DNA from: Candidatus Aminicenantes bacterium
Lineage (GTDB): Bacteria > Acidobacteriota > Aminicenantia > Aminicenantales > JAFGBC01
Length of the DNA stretch: 64,000 bases
Assembly: GCA_963702005.1 (NCBI GenBank)
Contig: OY969696.1
Coordinates: forward strand, 288,001-352,000
Direction: 5' to 3'
Below the pieces are notes generated by a model. The model saw nothing but the letters and a program-made list of their open reading frames with translations. It was not told the DNA's origin and made no database searches. The first letter of the stretch is position 1; every line of letters begins with the position of its first letter. The position numbers were made by a program, and so were the translations under genes. This document shows positions 49,690 through 59,528 of this stretch, in pieces.

Positions 49690-50919
49690 TCAGGAATAAA
49701 TTTTAAAGAAGCCGAGAAGCCCGCGGTAGAGGGCTTGGACCACCTGATCCTGAAAAGCCTCGTTGCCGAGCTTCCGCTCCTCATCCGGGTTCGAGATGAA
49801 AGCGACCTCGACCAGGACTGCCGGGCAGGCGACTCCGGTCAGGACCTTGAACGGCGCCTGCTTAATGCCCCGGTTGGCGGTGCCCAGCAGGCCGTTGAGT
49901 TCGCCCTGGATGATCTCGGCCAGCTGACTGCTTTGACGGATGAACCCGGATTGGGCCATATCCCACAGGATCATTTTGATTTCGTCCTGATTGTCGCCGG
50001 CGATTGTTTTCTCGTATTCCTGGGAAATGTTCTCGAGCTCGGCCAGCTTGCGGGACTCCTCGTCCGAGGCGTTCAAGGACAGGAAGAAAGTCTCGGACCC
50101 TTGGGCGTTTCTCCGGTAGGAGCCGTTGGCGTGGATGGAGATGAACAGGTTCGCGCCGTTATTGTTGGCCAGGGCCGCCCGGTTGGGCAGAGAGACATCC
50201 GTGTCGCGGTCCCTGGTCAGGATGACCCGGACGGCCAGGTGCCGCTCGATGACGGCCTTAAGCTTGAGGGCCAGAGCCAGCGTTACGTCCTTCTCAAGAG
50301 CGCCGAACTTGCCGCGGGCGCCCGTCTCCATCCCGCCGTGGCCGGGATCGATGACGATGGTCTTGACCTTTCGGCCGCTTTGTTCCGCGGCGGTCTTGGC
50401 AAGGGCGGGGGCGGTTTCGGGCGGCGACTCCCGGTCCTCTCCGGCCTTTTCGGAGACGTCATTTTCGGCGGAGGGGGCCGCCGCGTTGGCCGGGGGACGG
50501 ATATCGACGAGAAGCTGGAAGGGATTGGACAGGGTGAAATAGCTGAACTCGAAATCGCTCCGGACCGTTTCGACCGTGACCGTGTAACCGCCCACCCCCT
50601 TCGACCAGCCCAGCGTCCTGACCCAACGGCTCTTGAAGGGCTCGCGCTGGACGCGGAAATTCTGGGGGGAATCGACTCGGACGATCAGAAACGCACCGTT
50701 CTTTTCGACCCTGTGGGGGAAGGCGCCGGCCGAAGCGAAAGTGATACGGCAGTAGTCGGCATAGTCCTTGACCGTGATGTTGAGGGCGATCTGGGGCTGG
50801 GGCGGCTGGGATTGAGGCTGGGCCTGGGATTGAGCTCGGGCGGCGGCCCCGGCCGGGAAGAGGGCGGCGAGGACAAGAGAACCGGCGGCAAGTCGGATCC
50901 TGCGCTCGGTGCCCGTCAC
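49690..50919 (-). CDS. N-acetylmuramoyl-L-alanine amidase (Amidase_3)
   Basis: IVIDPGHGG, EKDVTL, FISIHAN, PAVLVEVAFISN. Confidence 0.94.
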   Translation of the reverse strand: MTGTERRIRLAAGSLVLAALFPAGAAARAQSQAQPQSQPPQPQIALNITVKDYADYCRITFASAGAFPHRVEKNGAFLIVRVDSPQNFRVQREPFKSRWVRTLGWSKGVGGYTVTVETVRSDFEFSYFTLSNPFQLLVDIRPPANAAAPSAENDVSEKAGEDRESPPETAPALAKTAAEQSGRKVKTIVIDPGHGGMETGARGKFGALEKDVTLALALKLKAVIERHLAVRVILTRDRDTDVSLPNRAALANNNGANLFISIHANGSYRRNAQGSETFFLSLNASDEESRKLAELENISQEYEKTIAGDNQDEIKMILWDMAQSGFIRQSSQLAEIIQGELNGLLGTANRGIKQAPFKVLTGVACPAVLVEVAFISNPDEERKLGNEAFQDQVVQALYRGLLGFFKIYS

Positions 50920-50944
50920 ATCGGCCTTCGTTTCATGGAATCGG

Positions 50945-51295
50945 TGGTGGAGGCGGCGGGAATTGAACCCGCGTCCGAAGACATTCAGCTCAAGGCCTCT
51001 ACATGCTTAGACCCTTCATTAATCTCGCGCCCGGGCGCCTGAAGGGACAAGGTACCCGACCGCCAGCCCCCGAGGGGGTTTTCGCTCGCCGGGCCCGGGG
51101 CGCGGCCCGTTTCGCTATCCTGCTTGTCCACGCCCCCGAGGTCCCGCAGGAGAGGGCCCCGGAGACGGCTAGCCTTTCCTTAGGCAGCGACTGCAACAGG
51201 TTCTGCAGTTAATTGTTTCCACCGGTTTAACGAGGTGGGTGGGACCTCGGCATGCGGCATTGGCCTCATTGTCTCCGTCGAATCCTTTCGCCCCC
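50945..51295 (-). ncRNA. ssrA: tmRNA; predicted tag (A)AEPVAVAA encoded at 51206..51180
   Basis: 5' GGGGGCGAAAGGATTCGACGG, 3' GACGCGGGTTCAATTCCCGCCGCCTCCACCA; TAACT-GCA resume context; upstream TTGACA-18 bp-TATAAT. Confidence 0.95.
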
Positions 51296-51400
51296 ACGTG
51301 GATTCTCCGGATAGCCATTATAGGCCAGCCCGGAGAGACCTGTCAACCGATGTCTCAGCCATATCAGCTTTTTTGGGACATGATCAAACAGCTGTTTCCC

Positions 51401-52843
51401 TTAGCTGTCAAGCCGGACGTTCGGATGGTAGTCGACCGTGATGACGGCGTTTCGCCGCGGCCGGAGAAGGTCGACGGCCTTGAGGAAGGTCCGGTTCTTT
51501 TTCTTCCACAGGCGGTTGAGACGCCGGGCGTAAGCAGCCAGGCTCAGGTCGAGCCAGCGCCCCCGGATGAGCCGCTTGGCGATCTCGAGCAGCGAGTAGA
51601 ACTTCCGGTGGGCGAAGCTCTGGGCTCTCTGGAGGTTCGGCAGGGAAAGCCGGGCCGGCCGGAACACGACATGATGAGCGTCGTAGAGGGACCAGTCCCG
51701 GAACAGGATGCGGCGCTCGGCGGCCATTTTTTCGAAAAACTCCGATCCGGGTAAAGGCGTCAGGATCAGGAACTGGGTCGAGGTCAGGCGGGCCTTCTTG
51801 GCGAAGCGGACCGTCTTTTTGACCGTGTCCCAGTCGTCTTCGTCGAACCCGAAGACGAACATGCCGTGGACGTGGATCCGTTCCCGCCGAAAGACCCGGA
51901 CGGCCAGGGCGATGTCCTCGACCGTCTGCTTCTTCTTCATGCCGGCCAAGCTCCGGGGATTGACGGACTCGAACCCGATGAAGACGGTGTGGCAGCCGGC
52001 CTTCTTCATCAGGCGGACGAGCTCCGGGTCGCGGGCGACGTCGGCCCGGACCTGGGTCGACCAGCGAAAGCGGAACTTCTCGACGATCATGGCCATCAGA
52101 AGGGCCTTGGTTCGGGCCGGGTTGGCGGCGAAGTTGTCGTCGTAGAAAAAGACGAAATTGCGGCGCGAGTTGTAGCGGCGCAGCTCCTCCAAGACGCGGG
52201 GGATGGTGCGGAATCGCCACGTCTTTCCGAACATCCCGGTCACCGAGCAGAACGAGCAGTCGAAAGGGCAGCCCCGCGAGGTCTGGACGGGAATGATCGT
52301 CCGGCCGGCGATCGACCGGCCCCGGAAGCGCAGTCCCGCGAAGTCCGGGATGGGGATGTCGTCCAGGTTCGGGGCGGGCGGGGCCTGGGGATTATGGATG
52401 GACCGGCCGCGGTCCCGGTAGGAGAGTCCGGGCACGGACGCGAAGCTCTTCCCCCGCTCCCAGGCGCTAATAAAGGCCATGAGCGGACCCTCGCCCTCCC
52501 CGCGGATGACGAAGTCGGCGTGTTCGAGGGCCTCGTCGGCGAGGTAGGTGACGTGAGGCCCGCCCATCAGGACGGGGACGCCCAGGCCGCGGACGCGATC
52601 GGCGATGGCGTAAGCCCGGGGCGCCGTCGAGGTGATCGTCGAGATTCCGACCAGATCGGCCTTTTTCAAGCCTTCATAGTCGACCGCCCGGCATTCCTCG
52701 AAAACAATCTCGACCTCCCATCCGAGTTCCTTCATCAGTGTCCCCAGGATGAAAATCCCCAGGCGCGGGATCGGGAACTGGGAGAAAATATGGAGGTCGG
52801 GAGCCTTGGGCTCGATGAAGACGATTCGTTTTGGTTCGTTCAT
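51401..52843 (-). CDS. B12-binding domain radical SAM protein
   Basis: ADLVGIS, MGGPHVT, GEGE, TSRGCPFDCSFC, DDNF, IGFES, TPLPGS. Confidence 0.93.
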   Translation of the reverse strand: MNEPKRIVFIEPKAPDLHIFSQFPIPRLGIFILGTLMKELGWEVEIVFEECRAVDYEGLKKADLVGISTITSTAPRAYAIADRVRGLGVPVLMGGPHVTYLADEALEHADFVIRGEGEGPLMAFISAWERGKSFASVPGLSYRDRGRSIHNPQAPPAPNLDDIPIPDFAGLRFRGRSIAGRTIIPVQTSRGCPFDCSFCSVTGMFGKTWRFRTIPRVLEELRRYNSRRNFVFFYDDNFAANPARTKALLMAMIVEKFRFRWSTQVRADVARDPELVRLMKKAGCHTVFIGFESVNPRSLAGMKKKQTVEDIALAVRVFRRERIHVHGMFVFGFDEDDWDTVKKTVRFAKKARLTSTQFLILTPLPGSEFFEKMAAERRILFRDWSLYDAHHVVFRPARLSLPNLQRAQSFAHRKFYSLLEIAKRLIRGRWLDLSLAAYARRLNRLWKKKNRTFLKAVDLLRPRRNAVITVDYHPNVRLDS

Positions 52844-53568
52844 GGGCGTGACCGGTCCTTGGCTGAATGGCTCCGCGAGGACTTGGCGCTTTCATCCTTG
52901 AGACGATGGATCTCTTTTCGCTTCTTCTTGAGGAGGTCTTCCCAGCGATCGATCCCCTCCTTGAGAAGCCCCATCTTGGCGAACAGGGCGTCGATCTTGG
53001 CCATCATCTCGTCGAGCTTGCGCTCGGTCTCGGCCCGGCTGAAGACGGCCGGATCGGCGTCGACGGCCAGGAAGTCCCGAAACAAGCCCGAAACGGCCTT
53101 GATCTCCTCGAGCGAGTACCCGAAAAGCTGCAGGTCGAGGATGAGCTTGCAGAGATAGATCCAGTGGTCGGCGTAGAGCCGGAAACCGCCCTCGCTCCTC
53201 ATGTCGGGCTCGATGATGCCCTTATCCTCCCAGTGCTTGATGGTCCGAGGGCTGGTCCCGATCCGCTCGGACAGGCTGCCCACGGTCAGGTATTCCTTGG
53301 AGCGGCCTTTTTCGGCCGCGGCCCCTTCGGCCCTGGGCAGGCCGACCTTCTTGACGATCTTGGCGATGGCCTCGGGCCCATAGCCGAGGTCGATGAGCTT
53401 GCGAATTTGGACGACCCGCTCCAGGGCGCTTCGGGTGTAGAAGGGAATCCCTCCGTTCGTCGCGCCGTCGGCCCGGACGAGCTTGAGCTCCTCCCAGCCG
53501 GCCAGCATTTTATCGGCGACGCCGGCCCGCTCCAGGACCTCGCTCCGGGAGAAAATCTCTTTTTTCAT
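52840..53568 (-). CDS. MerR family regulator with two tandem HTH domains
   Basis: WEELKLV and TIKHWEDKGII...SEGGFRLY; GYSLEEIK; ATGA overlap with the radical SAM gene. Confidence 0.88.
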   Translation of the reverse strand: MKKEIFSRSEVLERAGVADKMLAGWEELKLVRADGATNGGIPFYTRSALERVVQIRKLIDLGYGPEAIAKIVKKVGLPRAEGAAAEKGRSKEYLTVGSLSERIGTSPRTIKHWEDKGIIEPDMRSEGGFRLYADHWIYLCKLILDLQLFGYSLEEIKAVSGLFRDFLAVDADPAVFSRAETERKLDEMMAKIDALFAKMGLLKEGIDRWEDLLKKKRKEIHRLKDESAKSSRSHSAKDRSRP

Positions 53569-53590
53569 CCTAACCTCTACGCATGATGGC

Positions 53591-53621
53591 ACTTTAATTA
53601 TCCGTGTACGTATATGTACAA
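53591..53621 (-). promoter_or_regulatory. MerR-type promoter with 19-bp spacer and dyad
   Basis: TTGTAC-19 bp-TAAAGT; imperfect palindrome TGTACATATACGTACA at 53605-53620. Confidence 0.55.
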
Positions 53622-53691
53622 TTTATTCCAAACCAATGTCAAGCGATTTTTGGGGCCGCGAAGGGTCCGGGACGAAGCGGTGCGCCCGCCC

Positions 53692-55002
53692 TCAGTTCAA
53701 GTCGGCCTTGAGGACGGTCCAGGCCCAGGGGGTCTCGACCGGGAAGCTCGCCAGGCTCTTCCCGTTCAGGGAGAGGTCGACGGACTGGTTCGGGATCTGG
53801 GCGACCTTGAACCGGACGGCGGCCGTCCCGGCCGGGAGGTCGACATGGAGGGTGGCGTACTTGAAACGGTCTCCGGCCCAGCAAAAGTTCTTGACCTCGC
53901 CCGTGCCCGTCTCATTCCCGGAGAATCCGATTCCCAGGAAAGTGCGGGCCGCGTTCGTCCCGATATCGAGCTTGAGCAGGACCTTTCCCTGCGCGTCAAG
54001 GAACTCGACCTTGTCGAACATGACCGCCAGCAGCCGGTCGTCGGCGCCGGGGGGATTCCAGACTCGTTTGAAGGCGAACTTGAACGTGTCTTTGGGGAGC
54101 GGGACGGGCGTGAACGTCGCGAGCTCGCTCATGATGACTTTGAGGTAATCGAAGCCGAATTCCCGCGAAGGCTCGAGATTCGTCCCCTCGTTCCATTCGC
54201 TCCAGGACGTCAGGTAGAACATCCGCAAGCCGGGGTCGATCGCCTCCTTGGCCTTTCGGACGAAACTCCGGAAGCTCTCGGGGCTGCGGGCCACGACCGG
54301 GGTGGCCAGCTTCCCTTTGTCGTCGTAGCACCAGGGGGCGCCGATCGGGTAGAAGCCGGCGAACCCGAGCGGGATGAACTTGATCCCGAGGTCGGCGCAG
54401 ACGAGCCGGGCGCTGCGATACTGGCCGACGATATCGTCGATGGTCGTTTCGAGCTTGTAGTTCCGGATCGGCGTCCCACCCTTGATCATCATGTAGGGCA
54501 TGACCGCGTCCAGGCAGGGCGTCCGGACCAGGTTCGGCGTGTATCCGAAGCCGACCTCCTCCCCGATGATGTAGACGTCGTATCCGGAGGCCGATTTAAC
54601 GGCGTTTCTGAGCCTGGCCATGGCGGCTTTGAAATTCCCCTTTGTATTCGTGATCGCCCACAGGTAGACGACCGGCCGCCCGCCGACCCTGAGTTGGTTG
54701 GGCTGGTTGAAGTAGGTGCGGGCGGCGTATTTGAAGTCCGAGACGAGCTTGTCGATTCGTTCGGCATCGTCGAGGTCGACGACGGCGAAGGTCGGCTCTC
54801 CCTGCTTCCGCAGGGCTTGGATGAAGGAATAGACGAAGAAGAACTTGATCTTCTTGAAGTCCGGGTTTTTGGGAAAGCGACTGACGACCTCGTCCGTGCT
54901 GGCCGGAAATCGGCCGCTGTGGACCCCGCACCATTCGATCATGAAAGCGTCTATGCCGTAGGCGGTCGCCCACCCGATATGCCTATGAGAGTTTAGAATC
55001 AT
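53692..55002 (-). pseudogene. GH99/GH71-like glycoside hydrolase, apparently N-terminally truncated
   Basis: Starts at RHIGWATAYGIDAFMIEW (normally internal), GRPVVYLW, TSWSEWNEGTNLEPS; no signal peptide; composition changes near 54985. Confidence 0.7.
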
Positions 55003-55034
55003 GGCGGGAGGTTGCCTTAGGAAAAAAATTCGGA

Positions 55035-55995
55035 GATATCTACAGCCGTAATTCTAACCCCACCGTGCGCGCTTTCAACGAGAAAATGGCTGCTCTGGAG
55101 GGCGCGGAAGCAGCTACGGACTTTTCCACCGGAATGGCCGCCATCAATACCACTCTCTTTGCCTTGCTCAGTCCCGGCGAGCGCGCTCTCACCATCAAGG
55201 ATGCTTATGGCGCAACCTATTTGCATTTCAAGGAGATCCTGCCGCGGTTTGGAATCCATTGCGAACTGTGCGAGACAAATGATGAAAAGGCAATCCTGAC
55301 CGCTATTGCCAAGGGCTGCGATATTCTCTATTTAGAATCTCCCACCAATCCCTTGTTGAGTAGTTGTTGACCTTGAGAAGCTCTTCAAGGCAGCTCACAG
55401 GGCAGGCGCTACGACCATCACCGACAACACGTTCGCGACGCCGATCAACCAGCACCCGATCGATTTAGGATCAGACCTTGTGATCCACAGCGCTACGAAG
55501 TCCATCGGCGGGCATAACGACCCGACTGCTGGAGTGGTTTGCGGAAAAGCAGCGCTGGTGAAAAAAATCTATCGTTACCGGGAACTTATCGGCCCATCTC
55601 TTGATGCCCACCGCGCGAGTTCGCTGCTCCGCAGCTTGAAGACTCTGGCCTTGCGGGTTGAACGTCAGAACGAAAACGCTCTGGCTATGGCCCGGTTTTT
55701 GGAAAAGCATCCGAAGGTCCTCAAAGTCAATTATCCGGGTCTAGAGAGCCATCCGATGCACAATGTGTCTAAGAAACAGATGCCCAGAGACTATGGCGGT
55801 GTCCTAAGTTTTGAGATTGTCGGCGGGCTGAAGGCCGTTGCCTGGGTCTTGCCGCGATTGAAGTATGCCTATATGGCTGCCAACCTCGGCCAGGTTGATA
55901 CGGTTGTCGGGCCTCCCTCTGTGACGAGCCACGTCGAATGCAATGAACTCTCTTCAACGAAAAAAGTCGTCTGCGCCCTTCATCTGACATGTTAA
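55035..55995 (+). pseudogene. Cystathionine gamma-synthase/lyase (Cys/Met PLP enzyme) remnant, frameshifted and truncated
   Basis: YSRNSNPT, FSTGMAAI, ESPTNP, frameshift near 55360, then DNTFATP, HSATK, YPGL, ANLG; both termini missing. Confidence 0.88.
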
Positions 55996-56014
55996 TTTGC
56001 GGATTTAACCTCTG

Positions 56015-56680
56015 ATGAAATACAAAAGGCATCACAACTGGGTTGTCACACCCAAGGAAGCTTTGGAGATTCAAAACAGGCTGCAAAAAGAACTCTCTCT
56101 CAAAGTAGCTTTCAAAAAAAATGAAAAAATTGGAGGAGTAGATGTTTCTTATGCCAAAAGGACAAACACCCTCAAGGCGGTGATCGCCATTCTAAATTAC
56201 CCCTCTTTTGAGATCATTGAGGTTTTTGAAAAAATGGGGAGAAACAACTTCCCTTATATTCCGGGCCTCTTAACATTCCGAGAAGGCCCGATTATTCTCG
56301 AAGCCTTCGATAAGCTCAAAGAGGTCCCAGATGTTCTTCTCTTTGATGGTCAGGGAATCGCCCATCCCCGACGCATGGGAATCGCCGCCCACCTGGGAAT
56401 CCTTCTCGACCTCCCCACCATCGGCTGTGCCAAAAGCCTGCTCTGTGGAAAGTACGAGGAGCCGATGAAAGAGAAGGGAGCCCAATCCTTTTTATGGGAT
56501 AGAGAAGAGATTGTCGGGGTTGCGCTTAGAACAAGGGCAAACGTCAAGCCTCTGTTTGTCTCACCCGGACACAAAATGGACATCCAAACATCTGTAGAAA
56601 TTGTGCTGGCGTCCTCTCCCCATTTCAGGATCCCTCTTCCTCTGAGATATGCCCACGCTCTTTCACGTCGGGGATTCTAA
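56015..56680 (+). CDS. nfi: Endonuclease V
   Basis: GGVDVSY, FPYIPGLLTFREGP, DGQGIAHPRRMG, IGCAKS, VSPGH, RIPLPLR.AH. Confidence 0.95.
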   Translation: MKYKRHHNWVVTPKEALEIQNRLQKELSLKVAFKKNEKIGGVDVSYAKRTNTLKAVIAILNYPSFEIIEVFEKMGRNNFPYIPGLLTFREGPIILEAFDKLKEVPDVLLFDGQGIAHPRRMGIAAHLGILLDLPTIGCAKSLLCGKYEEPMKEKGAQSFLWDREEIVGVALRTRANVKPLFVSPGHKMDIQTSVEIVLASSPHFRIPLPLRYAHALSRRGF

Positions 56681-56701
56681 TGAATCAAGCTCAGGGCTGA
56701 T

Positions 56702-58638
56702 TCAGTGTTTGTGAGGGGTTGAGGATTTTGCTTCTCCCGCCTGACGCTGATCTTTTCCGGAGCTTGTAGTCGTATCGCTTTGTCTCGTAGCCGTCCAAGT
56801 TCCAGTCCAATATTTGCCTTGATATTTAACCCTAGTTTTCATCGTCCCCGCCATCTTCTCAAAGGCACTATTGATCGTGCCTCTATAGACGGGTTTTTGC
56901 CCTGAATTGTAAGTCAATACAGCAGTTTGATCGTTCACCGTCCAAGTCCCCGAAATAGGGCCTTCTTGATTATCTCCAGCTTTGAAATTTTTGGTCTTAT
57001 AAATAAACCAGTTAGAAACCCCCGAGCCATCGCCGTCCCAATGAAAACTTATCTCCCAGGTACCGATTATGTGTTGGAGCTTAACTGTCTTTTTAGCTTC
57101 GACAAGATGGCCATTTGCATCGATCAGTTTATATTCTTCCTCCGCCTTTCCTCTTTTGAAAGTAGTCTCTGGACAATTCGTGGTCACCCGAGTACGGAAA
57201 GGATAGACTCTCTTGGGCCCGTCGTGCAGATATTTGGCTCCCCGCGCATCACGGAAAGTTAATTCATAAGCATACTCTTCGACTTTGACTCCGTTCTTGC
57301 TTGTAAGCTTTTCCTCCCATTTCCAACGGGAGTTTGTCGTGTTAAAGAGGACTAAATCTGGCCCCTCTATTTTTGGCTCCGCTTCCTCAAAATTTCCACG
57401 CCCCCCAGGATGAAACCTTCGCATAAACCTGGGGTATTCAAGCTCTGCCTCGGGATATCCGCTGTATTTGACATAAACAGGCCCATTTGTTGTTTTCCAT
57501 CCATCGTGAATGATGAGCCTGATATGGGCCCCCTCTTTCCAGTATCCAATTCCTGTTGTTGAGTGGTTAACGAAAACTCCTTTCCCAGTGCCTCCTAAGC
57601 TGCAGGGATAGTCGCTGTTTATCTCGTTAGCAAATTGAGTCAAAAAACTCCCTGGTTTGCTATTTTCTCTTTCAACTGCTGTAACGTTGGAATTATATCC
57701 TAATCCCTTGAACATAATAATTGATCCGTCAACTATCCAGTTAGTAGCGGTAATCCAGTTAGCTGGATCAGTTCTGTAACAAATGGATATCCAGTCAAGG
57801 AGAAAAGTAACTCCTTTGCCTTGGGTGCTGACTTTTCCCTTTTTTTCGAGGTACTTGAGGCAATTGTAAAAAGCGGCCGGAGAGCATCCCCTCCATTGAC
57901 CTTGAGTATTGAGCTCTGCGACAGGAAGTTGATATTTCCCTTCGAGTACTCCTTTGACATTCATCAGGGATGGATTTTCTTCATTCACTGGAATTGCTTT
58001 GGGGCTTAAAAATCGCCCCCATTCGATCTGTTCGGCATAAGCCGGAATAGTGCCTACTTTCTTGCTTCCCAAGTCTTTTAAATCCACTATTTTTTTTAAA
58101 TGAATTTCTGTTGCTTTAGTATCGCCGGCTCCCGCCCGACTTTTTGAGGTCACGAGAATATGGAAAAGATCTCCATAAATCCAATAGGGATCCAATGGCG
58201 GATTTCCCATGAGGGCTTGGGCCACAATATGCTCAGGGAGACCGGCATGAGCTTTGATGAAGGAAGGCATATCCGTTGTCGCCCCAACATAAACTGTCAT
58301 GTACCGGTCTGTCTGCGCCATCCTCGTGTACCCTTCTCTTCCTTGCCGATTGAAACCAAATAGGCCCCCTGAAGGAGTGTGTTATCTAGGAGAATATTCG
58401 GAGGATAGAAATCCCCCTCGCGCATCAATGTAATAACGTAGACTGCCGGCTCTCCCCAAGGCCAGTGCAGAAGCTCAACCTCACAGACCTTAAGGTCCTT
58501 TTCAAAGACCGACTCTCCATGGTATTTAGCGGCTCTTTTAGCCACCTCGATATTCACAGGCTGGCTGGCTATTACTAAGGAGACAGAAAAAATGAAAAGA
58601 ACAAAAATCAAAGAAATAATCGAAAAATAACGTCTCAT
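56702..58638 (-). pseudogene. Secreted papain-fold cysteine peptidase-like gene (C10/C39-like) split by a 1-nt frameshift near 58331-58333
   Basis: Signal peptide MRRYFSIISL... in ORF 58297..58671; WRGCSPAA, NHSTTGIGY, IIHDGW in ORF 56702..58321; adding one G gives ...EKGYTRMAQ... Confidence 0.75.
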
Positions 58639-58827
58639 AGGATCCTTCTCTCTTGAACCTATCATCTTCAAGGTTTTTTTAATTGTCTTTTCCTCTCTTG
58701 CTAATGATGATAATAATCTCTTTCGATTAAATATTGAAGTTAATCCAGGGAATTGTAAATCACCATTAAGAGTGATTTAAGGGGTGATTTTGGGGCTGCT
58801 TCTATCCCCCGAATAGAGGAGGTATTT

Positions 58828-59203
58828 ATAAGAAATTCGTTTTCCGCTGCGCTGGCTGAATGAGCGTTCATGCGCTGGTTTTGCCTCATGCCATCGTCAG
58901 GGATTATTAATAGTAGTGTGAATGGATGTCCAGTGGACCTGGGAAACGCGGGAATCGGGTCATGATGCCAGAGGGAAGCTAAAAAACGCCGGAAATCCGA
59001 CAGACCTCTCCTTTCGGGTAAAGAGAGAATCATGAAAAATACTCATTGCCGGTCTCGGCGGCCGTCAGGACTTCCTGGAAAGCGATCAGTGGCGGAGGAG
59101 GCTTGTCTGCGACAAACGTCAATCCGAGGTGATCGATCATCCGATCCACGACGGCATACTCCGTGATGAAGGCGACGACCTTCATCATCCCTCCGCACTT
59201 GGG
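58828..59203 (-). mobile_element. IS91/ISCR-like remnant: last 57 codons of a Y2 transposase plus oriIS-like end
   Basis: 59203..59030 reads PKCGGMMKVVAFITEYAVVDRMIDHLGL...PPP...EYFS*; AAAACGAATTTCTTAT at 58843..58828 resembles oriIS termini. Confidence 0.65.
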
Positions 59204-59399
59204 GAGTAAATGTCAAGGACTTATCCGAACAGGTATCCACTCGAACGGCTCGCCTGGGGGTAGACGGGTCATTCCAGACAAAGCCAGAGGTTTGCAGACT
59301 CCTCTCCCCGTGTAACGCCGGTGTAACAGACTATACCTAAACTCGCCGACTTCGGACTACCGGTGCTTAAAGGAAAACGTTGATTCATATGGGAGAAAG

Positions 59400-59477
59400 T
59401 GGCGGGGCCGACGAGACTTGAACTCGCGACCTCCGGCGTGACAGGCCGGCGTTCTAACCAAACTGAACTACGACCCC
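59400..59477 (-). tRNA. tRNA-Asp (GTC), CCA encoded
   Basis: GGGGTCG/CGGCCCC acceptor stem, CCGGC-CTGTCAC-GCCGG anticodon arm, GTTCAAGTC T loop. Confidence 0.96.
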
Positions 59478-59528
59478 GCCTAAGGGGGGTTTCATTATAA
59501 GAAAAAGAGCCTCCGCTTTCAATAGACC

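Noticed and set aside
55002-55008. TGGCGGG matching the tRNA-Asp 3' end as the second att copy
   Set aside because: Only 7 bp in GC-rich sequence, which is expected by chance.
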